Positions 45,377 through 55,099 are shown, counted from the stretch's first letter. The stretch: DNA of 64,000 nt from Candidatus Acidiferrales bacterium (GCA_050746905.1 JBOGNJ010000190.1:8409-72408), one strand, 5' to 3'. Notes: generated by a model not told the origin, from the sequence alone. Numbers and translations are program-made.

Positions 45377-48289
45377 TTGATTCACGTTGGAGCCGCACGG
45401 AGCAAATCTTGTCTGCACGCCACATCGCTGATCGCAGTGGTGTGCGGGTGTTTGCTCGCTTTTTTTTCGCATCCCGCGAGCGCCTTGCAGCTTCCCGCGA
45501 CCCAGCAGCAACCTGCTTCACCCAATTCCCAGCAGCCGGTGATTGAGCGCATTGAATTTGTCGGCAACCGGCGCATTCAGCGGGAAACGCTTTTGGCGCG
45601 CATTTTCTCGCGCCCTGGCGACCCTTACAATCCGGACGCGTTGCGCCGCGACTTTCGCGCCCTGTGGAACACGCAATTCTTCGAGGATATCCGGCTGGAA
45701 GTGGAAAACAGTCCGGATAATCCCAACGGGAAAATCATCGTTTTCTACGTTCAGGAACGGCCCACGATTCGCAACATTAATTACAAGGGGAATAAATCCG
45801 TTTCCGAATCCGACATCCTGGACGCCTTTAAGGATCGCAAGGTCGATCTCTCGGTCGAAAGCCGCTTCGATCCCACCAAGGTGAAACGCGCCGAAGTGGT
45901 GATCCAGCAACTGCTTGCCGAGCACGGCCACATGTTTGCCACGGTGAAGCCGACCTACGAGCGCATTCCTGCCACGAACTCCGTTTCCCTCACTTTCAAC
46001 ATCGACGAAGGGGCAAAGGTCAAGGTTGGTCACATCATTATTCAGGGCAACCACGTTTTTTCCGCGGAAAAGATTATCCGTTCGATGCACCATTCGCGGC
46101 CCATCGCCATTCCGCTGGGTTTTGCGGACATCAACATATTCAGCAAGACGTATGACCGCGACAAACTCGACGAGGACATGGCGGTGGGAATCAGCGGCCT
46201 GTACCGCGACCATGGCTACTTCCGCGTTGTCGTGAACGAGCCTGTGCTCAAGAACGTCAAGGTGCAGCACAATGGCTTGCCGATTGGCCCGATTCCGTAC
46301 ATTGGCCGGACGCGCGGCATTCGCACGGATATCACCATTCCCATTGAAGAAGGAGTGCAATACCACATGGGAAGGCTGATAATCCGCAGCGCGAATCCTG
46401 ACGAGAATCTCTACTTTAAACCCGAGTTTCTCGAAAGCATATTCCCCCTAAAAAAAGGGCAGATCTTCGACGTATCGAAAATTCGCAAGTCAATCGACAA
46501 CTACACGAAACTCTATGGGGAGTTTGGATACATTGACTTCACCGCCTCTCCGGAATTCGACGAAGATGCCGCGACGAAAACCATCAATCTGACCCTGGAC
46601 TTTGACCAGGAGAAGCAGTTCTTCGTCAGGCGTATCGAATTTCAGGGCAATACCACGACGCGCGACAAGGTGATTCGGCGCGAACTGCTGCTCGATGAAG
46701 GCAGTCTTTACAACGATCGTTACTGGGAACTCAGCATCCTGCGGCTGAACCAGCTCGGATACTTCAACGAAATTAAGAAGGAAAACGCTGACCTCAAGCG
46801 TGACGTCAAGGCCGGGACGGTCGACATCACTCTCAAGGTAAAGGAAAAAGGGAAACAGTCCATCAGCTTTTCGGGAGGCGTCAGCGGCCTTGCCGGCAGT
46901 TTTCTGAGCCTGGCGTATCAGACCAATAATTTTCTTGGACTGGGCGAGACGTTGACGTTCTCGACGCAATTCGGCAGCATCCAGCGCAATATCCTGTTCG
47001 GTTTTACGGAGCCGTATCTCTTCGATCGCCCGATTTCGACTGGCTTTACGGTTTTTTCCAATAAATTCAATTTCAACCAGCAAAAAGAACTCTCGATTCT
47101 GGTGGGCCAGAACATCGCCATCAATCCGGCGCTTGCGCAGAATTACAGCCAGAACAGCAAGGGATTCACTCTTTTCGCCAGTTACCCGCTGCACCGGTTT
47201 GCATTTGCGCGGCTTGGAGTCACGTACGGCTGGACCAAGAGCGACATAACGACGTTCAGCCAAGCGTCCCAGTTGCTGTTTCAATCCCTGCAGTTCAGCA
47301 GCCTCGAGGGATCCTCGGCGCTCAACGGAATCGTGTCCAGCAAAATCAGTCCGTCGATCAGTTACAATACCGTGAACGACCAATTGAATCCGACGGCAGG
47401 CAAGAGCCTTTCGTATTCGCTTGGATTTGAAGGCGGCCCGTTACGCGGCAACGTGGATGCCATCCAAAATATCTTTCAGATGACGTACTTCCATCCCACG
47501 TATCACAAGCGCAACGTAATCGGCATGCGCCTCCAGGCGGCGTGGGCGACTGGTTACAACGGCAGAGTAATGCCACCGTACGAGCGCTTCTACATCGGCG
47601 GTGAAGACACAGTTCGAGGCTTCGATTTTTTCAACATCTCTCCATGGACCTTTATTCCGTCCGCCGTGAACACAAACATCAGTTTTGTCAATCCGACGAT
47701 CCTGAATTCAACGGGTGGCCCGACAGTGCAAACAATCACTATCCCCGTTCTGCAATACTTCGCCACGCGGCCTGGCGGAGACTTTCAAAGCGTCGGCAAT
47801 TTCGAATACCGGATACCGATTGCCGGCCCTGTGAGCATGGACCTTTTCGCGGATGTAGGCATAGACGGAATCTTGCGGCCAAGCCAACTGCGGCTGGATC
47901 CTGCCGCTATTCAGCAATTGGACTCCGAATTCCCGAACGCGCTCTTCCCGAATACAACGCTGTCACAGAAACTTTCAGTCGTCCCGGGAACGAATTTCAA
48001 GCCGCGGACTTCGACGGGAATTGAATTCGTTGTGTTCCTGCCGATTGTCCGCGCGCCGTTCCGGTTCTATTACGCCTACAATCCGACGCGGCTCAATCAA
48101 ACGATCGAGGGTCCGCGAGGCGCGTATTTTATCAGTCCTGAACAGATGGCGGCTCTGCCGCCGGGAGTCCTGCAGTCGCAGATTATTCCGACGCTGAACA
48201 ATATTTTGGACCAGCAGATTCAAAGATTTCCAACCGGGCTGGTGGAACCGCGCAGTACATTCCGATTCACGATCGCGCGAACGTTTTGA
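45377..48289 (+). CDS. bamA: Outer membrane protein assembly factor BamA
   Basis: POTRA repeats (IERIEFVGNRRIQRETL..., VRRIEFQGNTTTRDKVIRREL...) and a C-terminal Omp85 barrel ending in F. Start codon uncertain (TTG 45377). Confidence 0.9.
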   Translation: MIHVGAARSKSCLHATSLIAVVCGCLLAFFSHPASALQLPATQQQPASPNSQQPVIERIEFVGNRRIQRETLLARIFSRPGDPYNPDALRRDFRALWNTQFFEDIRLEVENSPDNPNGKIIVFYVQERPTIRNINYKGNKSVSESDILDAFKDRKVDLSVESRFDPTKVKRAEVVIQQLLAEHGHMFATVKPTYERIPATNSVSLTFNIDEGAKVKVGHIIIQGNHVFSAEKIIRSMHHSRPIAIPLGFADINIFSKTYDRDKLDEDMAVGISGLYRDHGYFRVVVNEPVLKNVKVQHNGLPIGPIPYIGRTRGIRTDITIPIEEGVQYHMGRLIIRSANPDENLYFKPEFLESIFPLKKGQIFDVSKIRKSIDNYTKLYGEFGYIDFTASPEFDEDAATKTINLTLDFDQEKQFFVRRIEFQGNTTTRDKVIRRELLLDEGSLYNDRYWELSILRLNQLGYFNEIKKENADLKRDVKAGTVDITLKVKEKGKQSISFSGGVSGLAGSFLSLAYQTNNFLGLGETLTFSTQFGSIQRNILFGFTEPYLFDRPISTGFTVFSNKFNFNQQKELSILVGQNIAINPALAQNYSQNSKGFTLFASYPLHRFAFARLGVTYGWTKSDITTFSQASQLLFQSLQFSSLEGSSALNGIVSSKISPSISYNTVNDQLNPTAGKSLSYSLGFEGGPLRGNVDAIQNIFQMTYFHPTYHKRNVIGMRLQAAWATGYNGRVMPPYERFYIGGEDTVRGFDFFNISPWTFIPSAVNTNISFVNPTILNSTGGPTVQTITIPVLQYFATRPGGDFQSVGNFEYRIPIAGPVSMDLFADVGIDGILRPSQLRLDPAAIQQLDSEFPNALFPNTTLSQKLSVVPGTNFKPRTSTGIEFVVFLPIVRAPFRFYYAYNPTRLNQTIEGPRGAYFISPEQMAALPPGVLQSQIIPTLNNILDQQIQRFPTGLVEPRSTFRFTIARTF

Positions 48290-48352
48290 CATGTGTGAAG
48301 ACGGGCGAAGCGGGTTCCCCATAAACATCGCCAGAGATTTTGGAGGACGTGG

Positions 48353-51300
48353 ATGAGATCGGGTAAGTTGGGAATCATTCTGATTGTGGCTGGAATCGTA
48401 GCGGGGTGCGGCGGCGGGGCTTCGACGCCTGTCACCGTCACACTGTCTCCGGTCAACCAGACGGTCGTGCTCGCGGGCACCCAACAATTCAGCGCCGCGG
48501 TAGTCGGTGAGTCCAACACCACGGTTACCTGGGACGTCTGCGATCAGGCGCCGGCGAGTAATGCAACGGGCAGCTCGACGGTCACCAACATCACGATGCC
48601 GACCGGCTGCGTCACGGGCGGAAACGCAACTCTCGGCACCTTGAGCACCACCGGGCTTTACACCGCGCCGGCGAATCTGCCGAGCCCTCCTGTAGTCAGC
48701 ATTGTTGCGATCAGTCAAGCAGATACATCCGTCTTTGCCATCACGAATGTCAGTCTGGATACGGGCGTTCGCGTTTCCGTTACTCCGCCGAACGCGTCGA
48801 TCGGCACCACGGAACAGTTTCAATTCGCTGCAACTGTTTCTGGAAACTCGAATACGGCGGTCAATTGGTCGGTAAATCAAATTGCAAACGGCGATTCAAC
48901 CGTGGGGACCATCACGCCCACCGCGTGCACGGTGAGCATGCCCATAACTCCGACTCCGCCGAACCCGACAGCCCCCGGCACGAGCGTCGCTTGCTATACC
49001 GCGCCTCCATCGAGCCAGAGCGGCATCACCGTAACGGCGACCTCGGCCGCCGATTCCAGGCAATTCAGTTCTGCGGCGGTTAGCGTGATTGCGGCCAACG
49101 ATCCCAGCTTCAGCGCGATTCCCCTCGAGCCGAACAGCGCCGTCGAGGGCTTGTTCCAGCAAGACGTCTATTTGTTCGGCAAGAATTTCTTCTCGACGAA
49201 CCAGATTCTGGTGAATGGCGCGCCGGTACCGACTACATTTCTCGGTCCGAGCACTTTGCGCGCGACAATTCCTTCCGCCTTTTTTGCCGGCCCGGCTCCC
49301 AGCTCCTTGTCGATCACCGTGGAGCGGCAAAACGGCGACACAAGCCAGCCAGCTACTCTGAATGTTCAGCCCACGCGGCCGGCGGTTATCGCCTCCATTC
49401 CGGACAGTTTTCCTCCGTCAACGATTTCGGGCACGCTTAATTTGAACGGAGGATATTTTTCATCGTCGACGCAGGTGACGTCGGGGAGCCAAATTCTCCC
49501 CTCGACCCCAGGGAGCAGCCGCCAGTTGCAAGTGACGTTGTCGTCGCCAGGATTTTCTTTTTCGACGCCGGGACTCTTCCCGATACTCGTGCAAAACAGC
49601 GATGTGCCGAGCGGCTCGCCGGCATCTGCTTCGGTGAATGTTGCGATCACTCCGTCTGCGACGAACATTCCTCCGGCCCCGAACCCGCCGATCTCAGTCG
49701 GCACGCAACCAATGGCGGTGGCGATTGATTCCGCGCTGGGCACGGCGGTTGTGGTGGACCATGGCGCGAGCGGGAGCGCGGGCGCAGTGACTCTACTGGA
49801 CATTGATACGAACACGGCAGGGGCCACGCTCACGGTGGGAAATGCTCCGACGAGCGTTGCCGTGGACGACATTTTGCACGTGGCGGCGGTGGTCAACAGC
49901 GCCGATAACACGCTCTCCATCGTCAACCTTCAGACCCAAGCCGTTACGCCGTTTTCATTGCCGAGCAATCCTACGGGAACGACTCCCGCGCCTTCGCCTT
50001 ACTCTGTGGGTGTAAATCCGCTGACGCACCGCGCGGTGGTGGCGTACTCGAACACAAATATTGCGGCGGTGGTTGATCTGTCCACGAATCCGCCGAATCT
50101 GGTGTGCGTGGTCGGAGGTTCCAACGCGAGCATGGCGAATAATTGCGCCGTTACACCGAACACCAATACGCGTCCGGTGAGCACCGGCCCGACGCCTTCC
50201 ATTGCGGTCGAGCCAAAATTGAACTGGGCCATTGTGACGCCGGGAGGTTCCGGCTCCGTTTCGATCATAGATCTGGGAGCTCCGGCGACAGCGACTCAGG
50301 TCGCGCGCATTCCCAACGTGATTGTTTCCGCCACGCTGTCGACAAGCGTTCAAGGCGTCGCCATCAACACGGAGACGGAAGAGGCTCTGCTTACAGATCC
50401 CAACCGGACATCCCTAACGCTATTCAGCGTCCTCGATCAGACGGTCAATTCCGTTTCATTGGCTCAGGGAGAGGTCGCTGACGCCGTCAATCCGCTAACG
50501 GATGTGGGAGTAGTGGTGAATAGCATAGCCGGAACAGCCACCGTGGTGGATTTGCGCACATTGAAGCCGATTGGGAACAGCGTGGCGGTGGGAACGCTGC
50601 CCCAGGCTGTGGCGATTGATCCGGGGAAAAATGTGGCGGTGATTGCCAACTCCGGCAGCAACAACGTCTCTATTTTGCCACTGGGTCCGATTCGCAGTCC
50701 CCAGATTACGGAAGTCAGTCCGGGAAACACGTTTACGGCGGGAGGATCAGGATCGCTGACAGTGACCGTGCAAGGGTTTGGGTTCACGTCGGGCGCGCAA
50801 GTGCGGCTGGATGGAGCGAGCGTTCCCACAGTTGTCAGTTCGAATGGCCGCCAGGCAACCGCGACGATTTCCGGAAGTTTGCTCGCCGCGCCGCGGCGCT
50901 TTTCGCTGGATGTGACGACTTCAGGCGGCTCTACTTCGAATGAAGAAAACTTCACGGTGATTGGCGCGATTCCAATCGGGTTAAATCCAATCGGCGTGGC
51001 GATTGATTCTGATCTTGGCGAGGCGCTTGTGACGAGCCAGGGAGCGATTGATTCGGCTGGGAACTGCACTGGTCCCGGAAGCGTTTCGGTTGTGAGCCTT
51101 TCATCCATATCGGTGACCAATACGTTTTCCGTGGGCACGTGCCCGGAAGGCGTCGCCGTGCTTCCGCGGCTCGGTCTTGGCGTTATAGCGAATAACGGCA
51201 GTGATGATGCCACGGTGGTTGACTACGTGAATAACGCCGTAACCGCGACCGTACCGGTGGGAATGTCTCCGGCGGGGGTTGCGATTCAGCCGGACAGTGC

Positions 51301-51901
51301 CGCTACGGTGGTCGCGAATAGCGGCTCGAATACAGTTTCGGAGTTCACCATCGGCAGCGGCGCCGCACAACCCGCCAGCATTCCAGTGGATCAGCGGCCG
51401 TTTGGAGTGAGCATCGATCCGCTGGATAACCTTTTTGCCGTGACTGCCACGACGCAAAACACGGTTGACATCGTGAATCTCACGAGCCATTTCATCGTGG
51501 GGCGGCTCGCCAATTTTGAGGTGCCCAGTGACGTTACGTTCGATCCGATCACGGACACGTTCCTCGTCGCCAATAGCCTTCTGAACGATCTGGCCGTGGT
51601 TGATCCAAGGGCGTTCACGACCACGCCGATGCGCGTGGGCATCAATCCCACCGCGATTGCCTACAATTTCCAGAGCGGGACGGGCGTAACGGTCAACAAT
51701 GCAACCAACACGCTGTCCATTTTCAATTTCCTGGCCACGAATCCCAATTCGGTGCTGACCATCCAGGCCGGCAAGGTCGAGGCCGTTCTGCCCATGGGAG
51801 GCTCGGCCGAATTTTCGGTGGCGATCGATCCGCTGACGAACATCGCGGCAGTCGTCGATCAAGCGAACGGCCGGTTGCTGTTGGTTCCTTTGCCTCGCTG
51901 A
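48353..51901 (+). CDS. Giant lipoprotein: 2 Big_2-like + IPT/TIG-like Ig domains and two YVTN-type beta-propeller regions
   Basis: GGAGGA RBS. Lipobox LIVAGIVAGC. Big_2-like LAGTQQFSAAVVG..NTTVTWDV and IGTTEQFQFAATVSGNSNTAVNWSV. Repeated VGxxPxxVAIDxxxxxAVVxNxxxNTxSIVDL units. Confidence 0.8.
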   Translation: MRSGKLGIILIVAGIVAGCGGGASTPVTVTLSPVNQTVVLAGTQQFSAAVVGESNTTVTWDVCDQAPASNATGSSTVTNITMPTGCVTGGNATLGTLSTTGLYTAPANLPSPPVVSIVAISQADTSVFAITNVSLDTGVRVSVTPPNASIGTTEQFQFAATVSGNSNTAVNWSVNQIANGDSTVGTITPTACTVSMPITPTPPNPTAPGTSVACYTAPPSSQSGITVTATSAADSRQFSSAAVSVIAANDPSFSAIPLEPNSAVEGLFQQDVYLFGKNFFSTNQILVNGAPVPTTFLGPSTLRATIPSAFFAGPAPSSLSITVERQNGDTSQPATLNVQPTRPAVIASIPDSFPPSTISGTLNLNGGYFSSSTQVTSGSQILPSTPGSSRQLQVTLSSPGFSFSTPGLFPILVQNSDVPSGSPASASVNVAITPSATNIPPAPNPPISVGTQPMAVAIDSALGTAVVVDHGASGSAGAVTLLDIDTNTAGATLTVGNAPTSVAVDDILHVAAVVNSADNTLSIVNLQTQAVTPFSLPSNPTGTTPAPSPYSVGVNPLTHRAVVAYSNTNIAAVVDLSTNPPNLVCVVGGSNASMANNCAVTPNTNTRPVSTGPTPSIAVEPKLNWAIVTPGGSGSVSIIDLGAPATATQVARIPNVIVSATLSTSVQGVAINTETEEALLTDPNRTSLTLFSVLDQTVNSVSLAQGEVADAVNPLTDVGVVVNSIAGTATVVDLRTLKPIGNSVAVGTLPQAVAIDPGKNVAVIANSGSNNVSILPLGPIRSPQITEVSPGNTFTAGGSGSLTVTVQGFGFTSGAQVRLDGASVPTVVSSNGRQATATISGSLLAAPRRFSLDVTTSGGSTSNEENFTVIGAIPIGLNPIGVAIDSDLGEALVTSQGAIDSAGNCTGPGSVSVVSLSSISVTNTFSVGTCPEGVAVLPRLGLGVIANNGSDDATVVDYVNNAVTATVPVGMSPAGVAIQPDSAATVVANSGSNTVSEFTIGSGAAQPASIPVDQRPFGVSIDPLDNLFAVTATTQNTVDIVNLTSHFIVGRLANFEVPSDVTFDPITDTFLVANSLLNDLAVVDPRAFTTTPMRVGINPTAIAYNFQSGTGVTVNNATNTLSIFNFLATNPNSVLTIQAGKVEAVLPMGGSAEFSVAIDPLTNIAAVVDQANGRLLLVPLPR

Positions 51902-52058
51902 CCGCGGGGCATTTGATGGACAGCGCGCCTTGGCCGAATCAGGTTGCCTCGGCCAACTGCAGCCGCAGTTGGCGCATCGGTATCTGTAGGTGTGTTCTGG
52001 TTTAGACCTATTCCAGGGTAGATTCGGGCGAGCGAGGACGCCGATTTCCCAATTCTGA

Positions 52059-52088
52059 TTGACCGGTTCGAGGTAGGCTCGCTATAAT
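52059..52088 (+). promoter_or_regulatory. Near-consensus sigma-70-type promoter candidate for skp
   Basis: TTGACC (52059-52064), 18-nt spacer, TATAAT (52083-52088), about 44 nt upstream of the skp ATG. Confidence 0.5.
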
Positions 52089-52131
52089 CGCCGTTTTGCA
52101 GTTTCCCAAAGAATCGCATCGAGGAGCTAGA

Positions 52132-52743
52132 ATGAAGATTCGAAATGCTGGTATGGCGGCACTCGCCGTGCTTTTAATTGTTCCGGCCGTTTGGGCGCAG
52201 GCGGAATCCAGTGCACCGGCGGTTGCATCTGGGAAAATCGCGGTGATCAATCTTCAGGGAGCGATCGCCGGCACCGAGGAAGGAAAACAGGCCTCAAAGC
52301 AACTTCAAGCCCAATTCGCGTCGCGCCAGACGGAGTTGGAAAATCTTCGCAAGCAGATCGCTGACCTCCAGCAACGCATTCAGGCCGGCGCAACCACGCT
52401 GAGCGAAGAGGAGAAAGCGCGCCTGGCTTCGCAGGGCAATATACTCACGCGCAAGTTCCAGCGGGAACAGCAGGATTTGCAGGATGACGGAAACGACGCC
52501 CAGCAATTGGCGATCAATCGCATTGGCCAGAAAATGCTGACGGTGCTGGATAAATTTGCCAAACAGAACGGGTACAATCTCATTCTGGACAATGGAAGCT
52601 CTTCCCAGAGCGCACCAGTGGTGCTGTATTCGGCAAATCAAGTCGACGTGACGCAGCAGGTCATCAAGCTATACGACGCGGCGTATCCCACGAAGGCCGC
52701 GGCACCGGCGCACCCAGCTCCTAGGCCGTCTCAGAAGAAGTAA
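52132..52743 (+). CDS. skp: OmpH/Skp-family periplasmic chaperone
   Basis: The ATG at 52132 follows GAGGAG. Signal peptide MKIRNAGMAALAVLLIVPAVWAQ. Long Gln/Glu-rich coiled arms, as in Skp. Confidence 0.8.
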   Translation: MKIRNAGMAALAVLLIVPAVWAQAESSAPAVASGKIAVINLQGAIAGTEEGKQASKQLQAQFASRQTELENLRKQIADLQQRIQAGATTLSEEEKARLASQGNILTRKFQREQQDLQDDGNDAQQLAINRIGQKMLTVLDKFAKQNGYNLILDNGSSSQSAPVVLYSANQVDVTQQVIKLYDAAYPTKAAAPAHPAPRPSQKK

Positions 52744-52871
52744 GCATTCCCGAAAGCGGGATTCGTTTTCCGGCTCCGGCCGGCGGATTTCTGCCCGGAC
52801 CGGGATAACGCTCTTGATCCGCGCACAGAACTATAACGGGATATCGCGTCTCCTGTTGGCCGAGTGTCGGC

Positions 52872-52900
52872 TTGCGTTTCCCAATACCTAAGTTTATACT
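52872..52900 (+). promoter_or_regulatory. Sigma-70-type promoter candidate for the rimP-nusA-infB operon
   Basis: TTGCGT (52872-52877), 17-nt spacer, TATACT (52895-52900). Confidence 0.5.
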
Positions 52901-52928
52901 GGCGTCGTTCGAAGTTGGGCGAAAGTTC

Positions 52929-52952
52929 AAGTGGGCGCGAGCCCACTTTTTT
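52929..52952 (+). terminator. Canonical intrinsic terminator/attenuator hairpin in the rimP leader
   Basis: AAGTGGGC-gcga-GCCCACTT: 8-bp stem with a GNRA loop, running into a run of six T (52947-52952). It lies ~30 nt after the -10 box and ~80 nt before the rimP ATG. Confidence 0.6.
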
Positions 52953-53030
52953 GTTGGCTGCGAAAGTGAAGCGCCGCTGGGATTTAGTGGCGTTTCGGAG
53001 CCCCTGGCCAACAAGGGTTTCCGGGTGTCG

Positions 53031-53504
53031 ATGAACCTGGACAGGATTCGCGAAGCGGCAGAGCGCGTGGCGCGTTCGGTGGGCGTTGAAGTTGTCGACG
53101 TCGAATGGCAGGTGGGCAAGCAACGCCTGCTGCGGCTTTACATTGACCGGCCGCCGTTGCCGGGCCAGGGTGCCGGTTCCGGCATCAGCCACAGCGATTG
53201 CGAAGCCGTCAGTGAGCAGTTGACCGTGATCCTCGACGTCGAGGATTTGGTTCTCGGACCCGCCTACATTTTGGAAGTCAGTTCGCCCGGCCTGGATCGG
53301 AAATTGCTCAAGCCGTCGGATTACGAGAGGTTCGCGGGACGCCTGGTGAAGGTTTGGCTGAACGAGCCGGTCGAGAATACGAAGTCTTTCGAAGGGCGCC
53401 TGGGGGGATTCGCGGACGGTGTGGTTCAAATGTCGGTGCACGATCGGGAAATATCGTTTCCGCTCGCGAAAGTTCGCAAGGCGAATTTGGTGGTCGAATT
53501 CTAG
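53031..53504 (+). CDS. rimP: Ribosome maturation factor RimP
   Basis: From the ATG at 53031: MNLDRIREAAERVARSVGVEVVDVEW...RLYIDRP...LEVSSPGLDRKL. The upstream 53 codons of the listed ORF cover the promoter and terminator. Confidence 0.85.
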   Translation: MNLDRIREAAERVARSVGVEVVDVEWQVGKQRLLRLYIDRPPLPGQGAGSGISHSDCEAVSEQLTVILDVEDLVLGPAYILEVSSPGLDRKLLKPSDYERFAGRLVKVWLNEPVENTKSFEGRLGGFADGVVQMSVHDREISFPLAKVRKANLVVEF

Positions 53505-53517
53505 GGAGAAGCAGCGA

Positions 53518-55095
53518 ATGGCAAGTTTGCTCTACCAGACGATCGAACAGATCAGCCGGGACAAGCACATCGAGCCGGAGATCATCGTCGCAGCCATTGA
53601 GGAAGCGATGGTCGTCGCGGCGCGCAAGTTCTATAAGGCCGACGAGGATCTGCGCTCGAAATTCAACCCGGAAACCGGGCAGGTGGACCTGTTCGCCGTT
53701 CGCACGGTGGTCGAAGAGGTGGCCGATCCGCTCCGCGAGATCGCTCTGGCCGACGCGCGCAAGCAGCAGCCAGCCATTGAAGTCGGCGGCGAGATCCCGC
53801 AGGCGCGAGCCACCGATGTTCTGGGCCGCATTCAGGCGCAGACCGCCAAGCAGGTGATTCTGCAGAAGGTTCGCGAGGCGGAGCGCGACACGATCTACAA
53901 CGAATTTCACACGCGCGTGGGCGAACTTGTGAATTGCATCGTAAAACGCCTGGATGGCCCGGACGTGATAGTAGATCTCGGCCGAACCGAGGCACGTTTG
54001 CCCAAGCGGGAACAATCACGCCTGGAAACGTATAACGTCGGAGATCGGCTTCGCGTCGCTATTCGCGCCGTCGAGCGCGCGGCGAAAGGGCCGCAGGTGG
54101 TGGTGTCGCGCGCGGATCCAGTGCTCGTCCAGCGATTGTTCGAGATGGAAGTCCCCGAAATTTACGACGGCACTGTGCAAATCCGCGCCGTCGCCCGCGA
54201 AGCCGGGGAACGCACCAAGATCGCTGTCGAGAGCCGTGATAAAGATGTTGACCCGGTCGGCGCATGCGTCGGCATGAAGGGCATGCGCGTGCAATCCATC
54301 ATTCGCGAATTGCGCGGCGAGAAAATCGATATCATTCCGTACAACGAAGATATTCTCCTGTTCGCGCAAAAAGGCTTGAGCCCGGCGAAGGTCACGCGCG
54401 TACAAGCCGTAGACGTGGAAGAAAAGCGGCTCGAAGTGATCGTTGAGGACACGCAGCTTTCTCTGGCCATCGGCAAGAAAGGGCAGAACGTCCGACTGGC
54501 GAGCAAATTGATCGGCTGGAACATTGATATCAAGAGCGAGGAAGAAAAACGGCGCGAAATCGAAGCGCAGATGTCGGAAATGACGGTTGTGTCCACGTCA
54601 CTGGCTGAACTGCAGGGCGTTGGTCCCAAGACCATCGAAAAACTTGAGTCGCATGGCGTCACGTCCATTGAAAAGCTGGCCGACATGACTCCCGAACAGT
54701 TGCTCGAAATTCCGGGCATCGGCGAAAAAATGGTGGAGAAAATTCGCATTTCGGTGGAGCAGTATTTCCAGGCGCTCGAATCGCAGCAAACAGCCGTGGC
54801 GGAGGAAGCGGCTCCCGAAATTGTGGCAGCCGAAGAAGTTGGGGCCACTGTCGAAGAGCCCCCCAGCAGCGCGCCAGAAACGGAGGCGGAGACGGACGTC
54901 GAATCTGGCGCTTCATCGGAAACGTCCGAAGTAAATCCTGAAGAAGTTGATAGCGCCTCAGAATCGGCGGAGCCGGGACTGCCTCCCCAGGTTTCATCGG
55001 AAACGCCTGAAGCGGGCGAGCAGGCGGTCGAGGAACACGATGGCGAGGCGAACGCCGATTCAGAATCGCTGAAGAAGACGGAGGACAACTCTTAA
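53518..55095 (+). CDS. nusA: Transcription termination/antitermination factor NusA with acidic C-terminal tail
   Basis: From the ATG at 53518: MASLLYQTIEQISRDKHIEPEIIVAAIEEA..., S1 and KH domains, one HhH (IPGIGEKMVEKI), then an ~80-aa Glu/Ser/Ala-rich tail. Confidence 0.95.
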   Translation: MASLLYQTIEQISRDKHIEPEIIVAAIEEAMVVAARKFYKADEDLRSKFNPETGQVDLFAVRTVVEEVADPLREIALADARKQQPAIEVGGEIPQARATDVLGRIQAQTAKQVILQKVREAERDTIYNEFHTRVGELVNCIVKRLDGPDVIVDLGRTEARLPKREQSRLETYNVGDRLRVAIRAVERAAKGPQVVVSRADPVLVQRLFEMEVPEIYDGTVQIRAVAREAGERTKIAVESRDKDVDPVGACVGMKGMRVQSIIRELRGEKIDIIPYNEDILLFAQKGLSPAKVTRVQAVDVEEKRLEVIVEDTQLSLAIGKKGQNVRLASKLIGWNIDIKSEEEKRREIEAQMSEMTVVSTSLAELQGVGPKTIEKLESHGVTSIEKLADMTPEQLLEIPGIGEKMVEKIRISVEQYFQALESQQTAVAEEAAPEIVAAEEVGATVEEPPSSAPETEAETDVESGASSETSEVNPEEVDSASESAEPGLPPQVSSETPEAGEQAVEEHDGEANADSESLKKTEDNS

Positions 55096-55099
55096 ACTA

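Noticed and set aside
47975-48880. 301-aa minus-strand ORF bridging the bamA 3' end and the lipoprotein 5' end
   Set aside because: It is Arg/Asp-rich shadow sequence and crosses an intergenic region carrying the RBS of the plus-strand lipoprotein gene.
52872-53030. Listed rimP ORF start at 52872; similarly nusA at 53419 and skp at 52096
   Set aside because: The extended starts read through promoter and terminator sequence. The internal ATGs (53031, 53518, 52132) give canonical N-termini, and two of them have strong RBSs.
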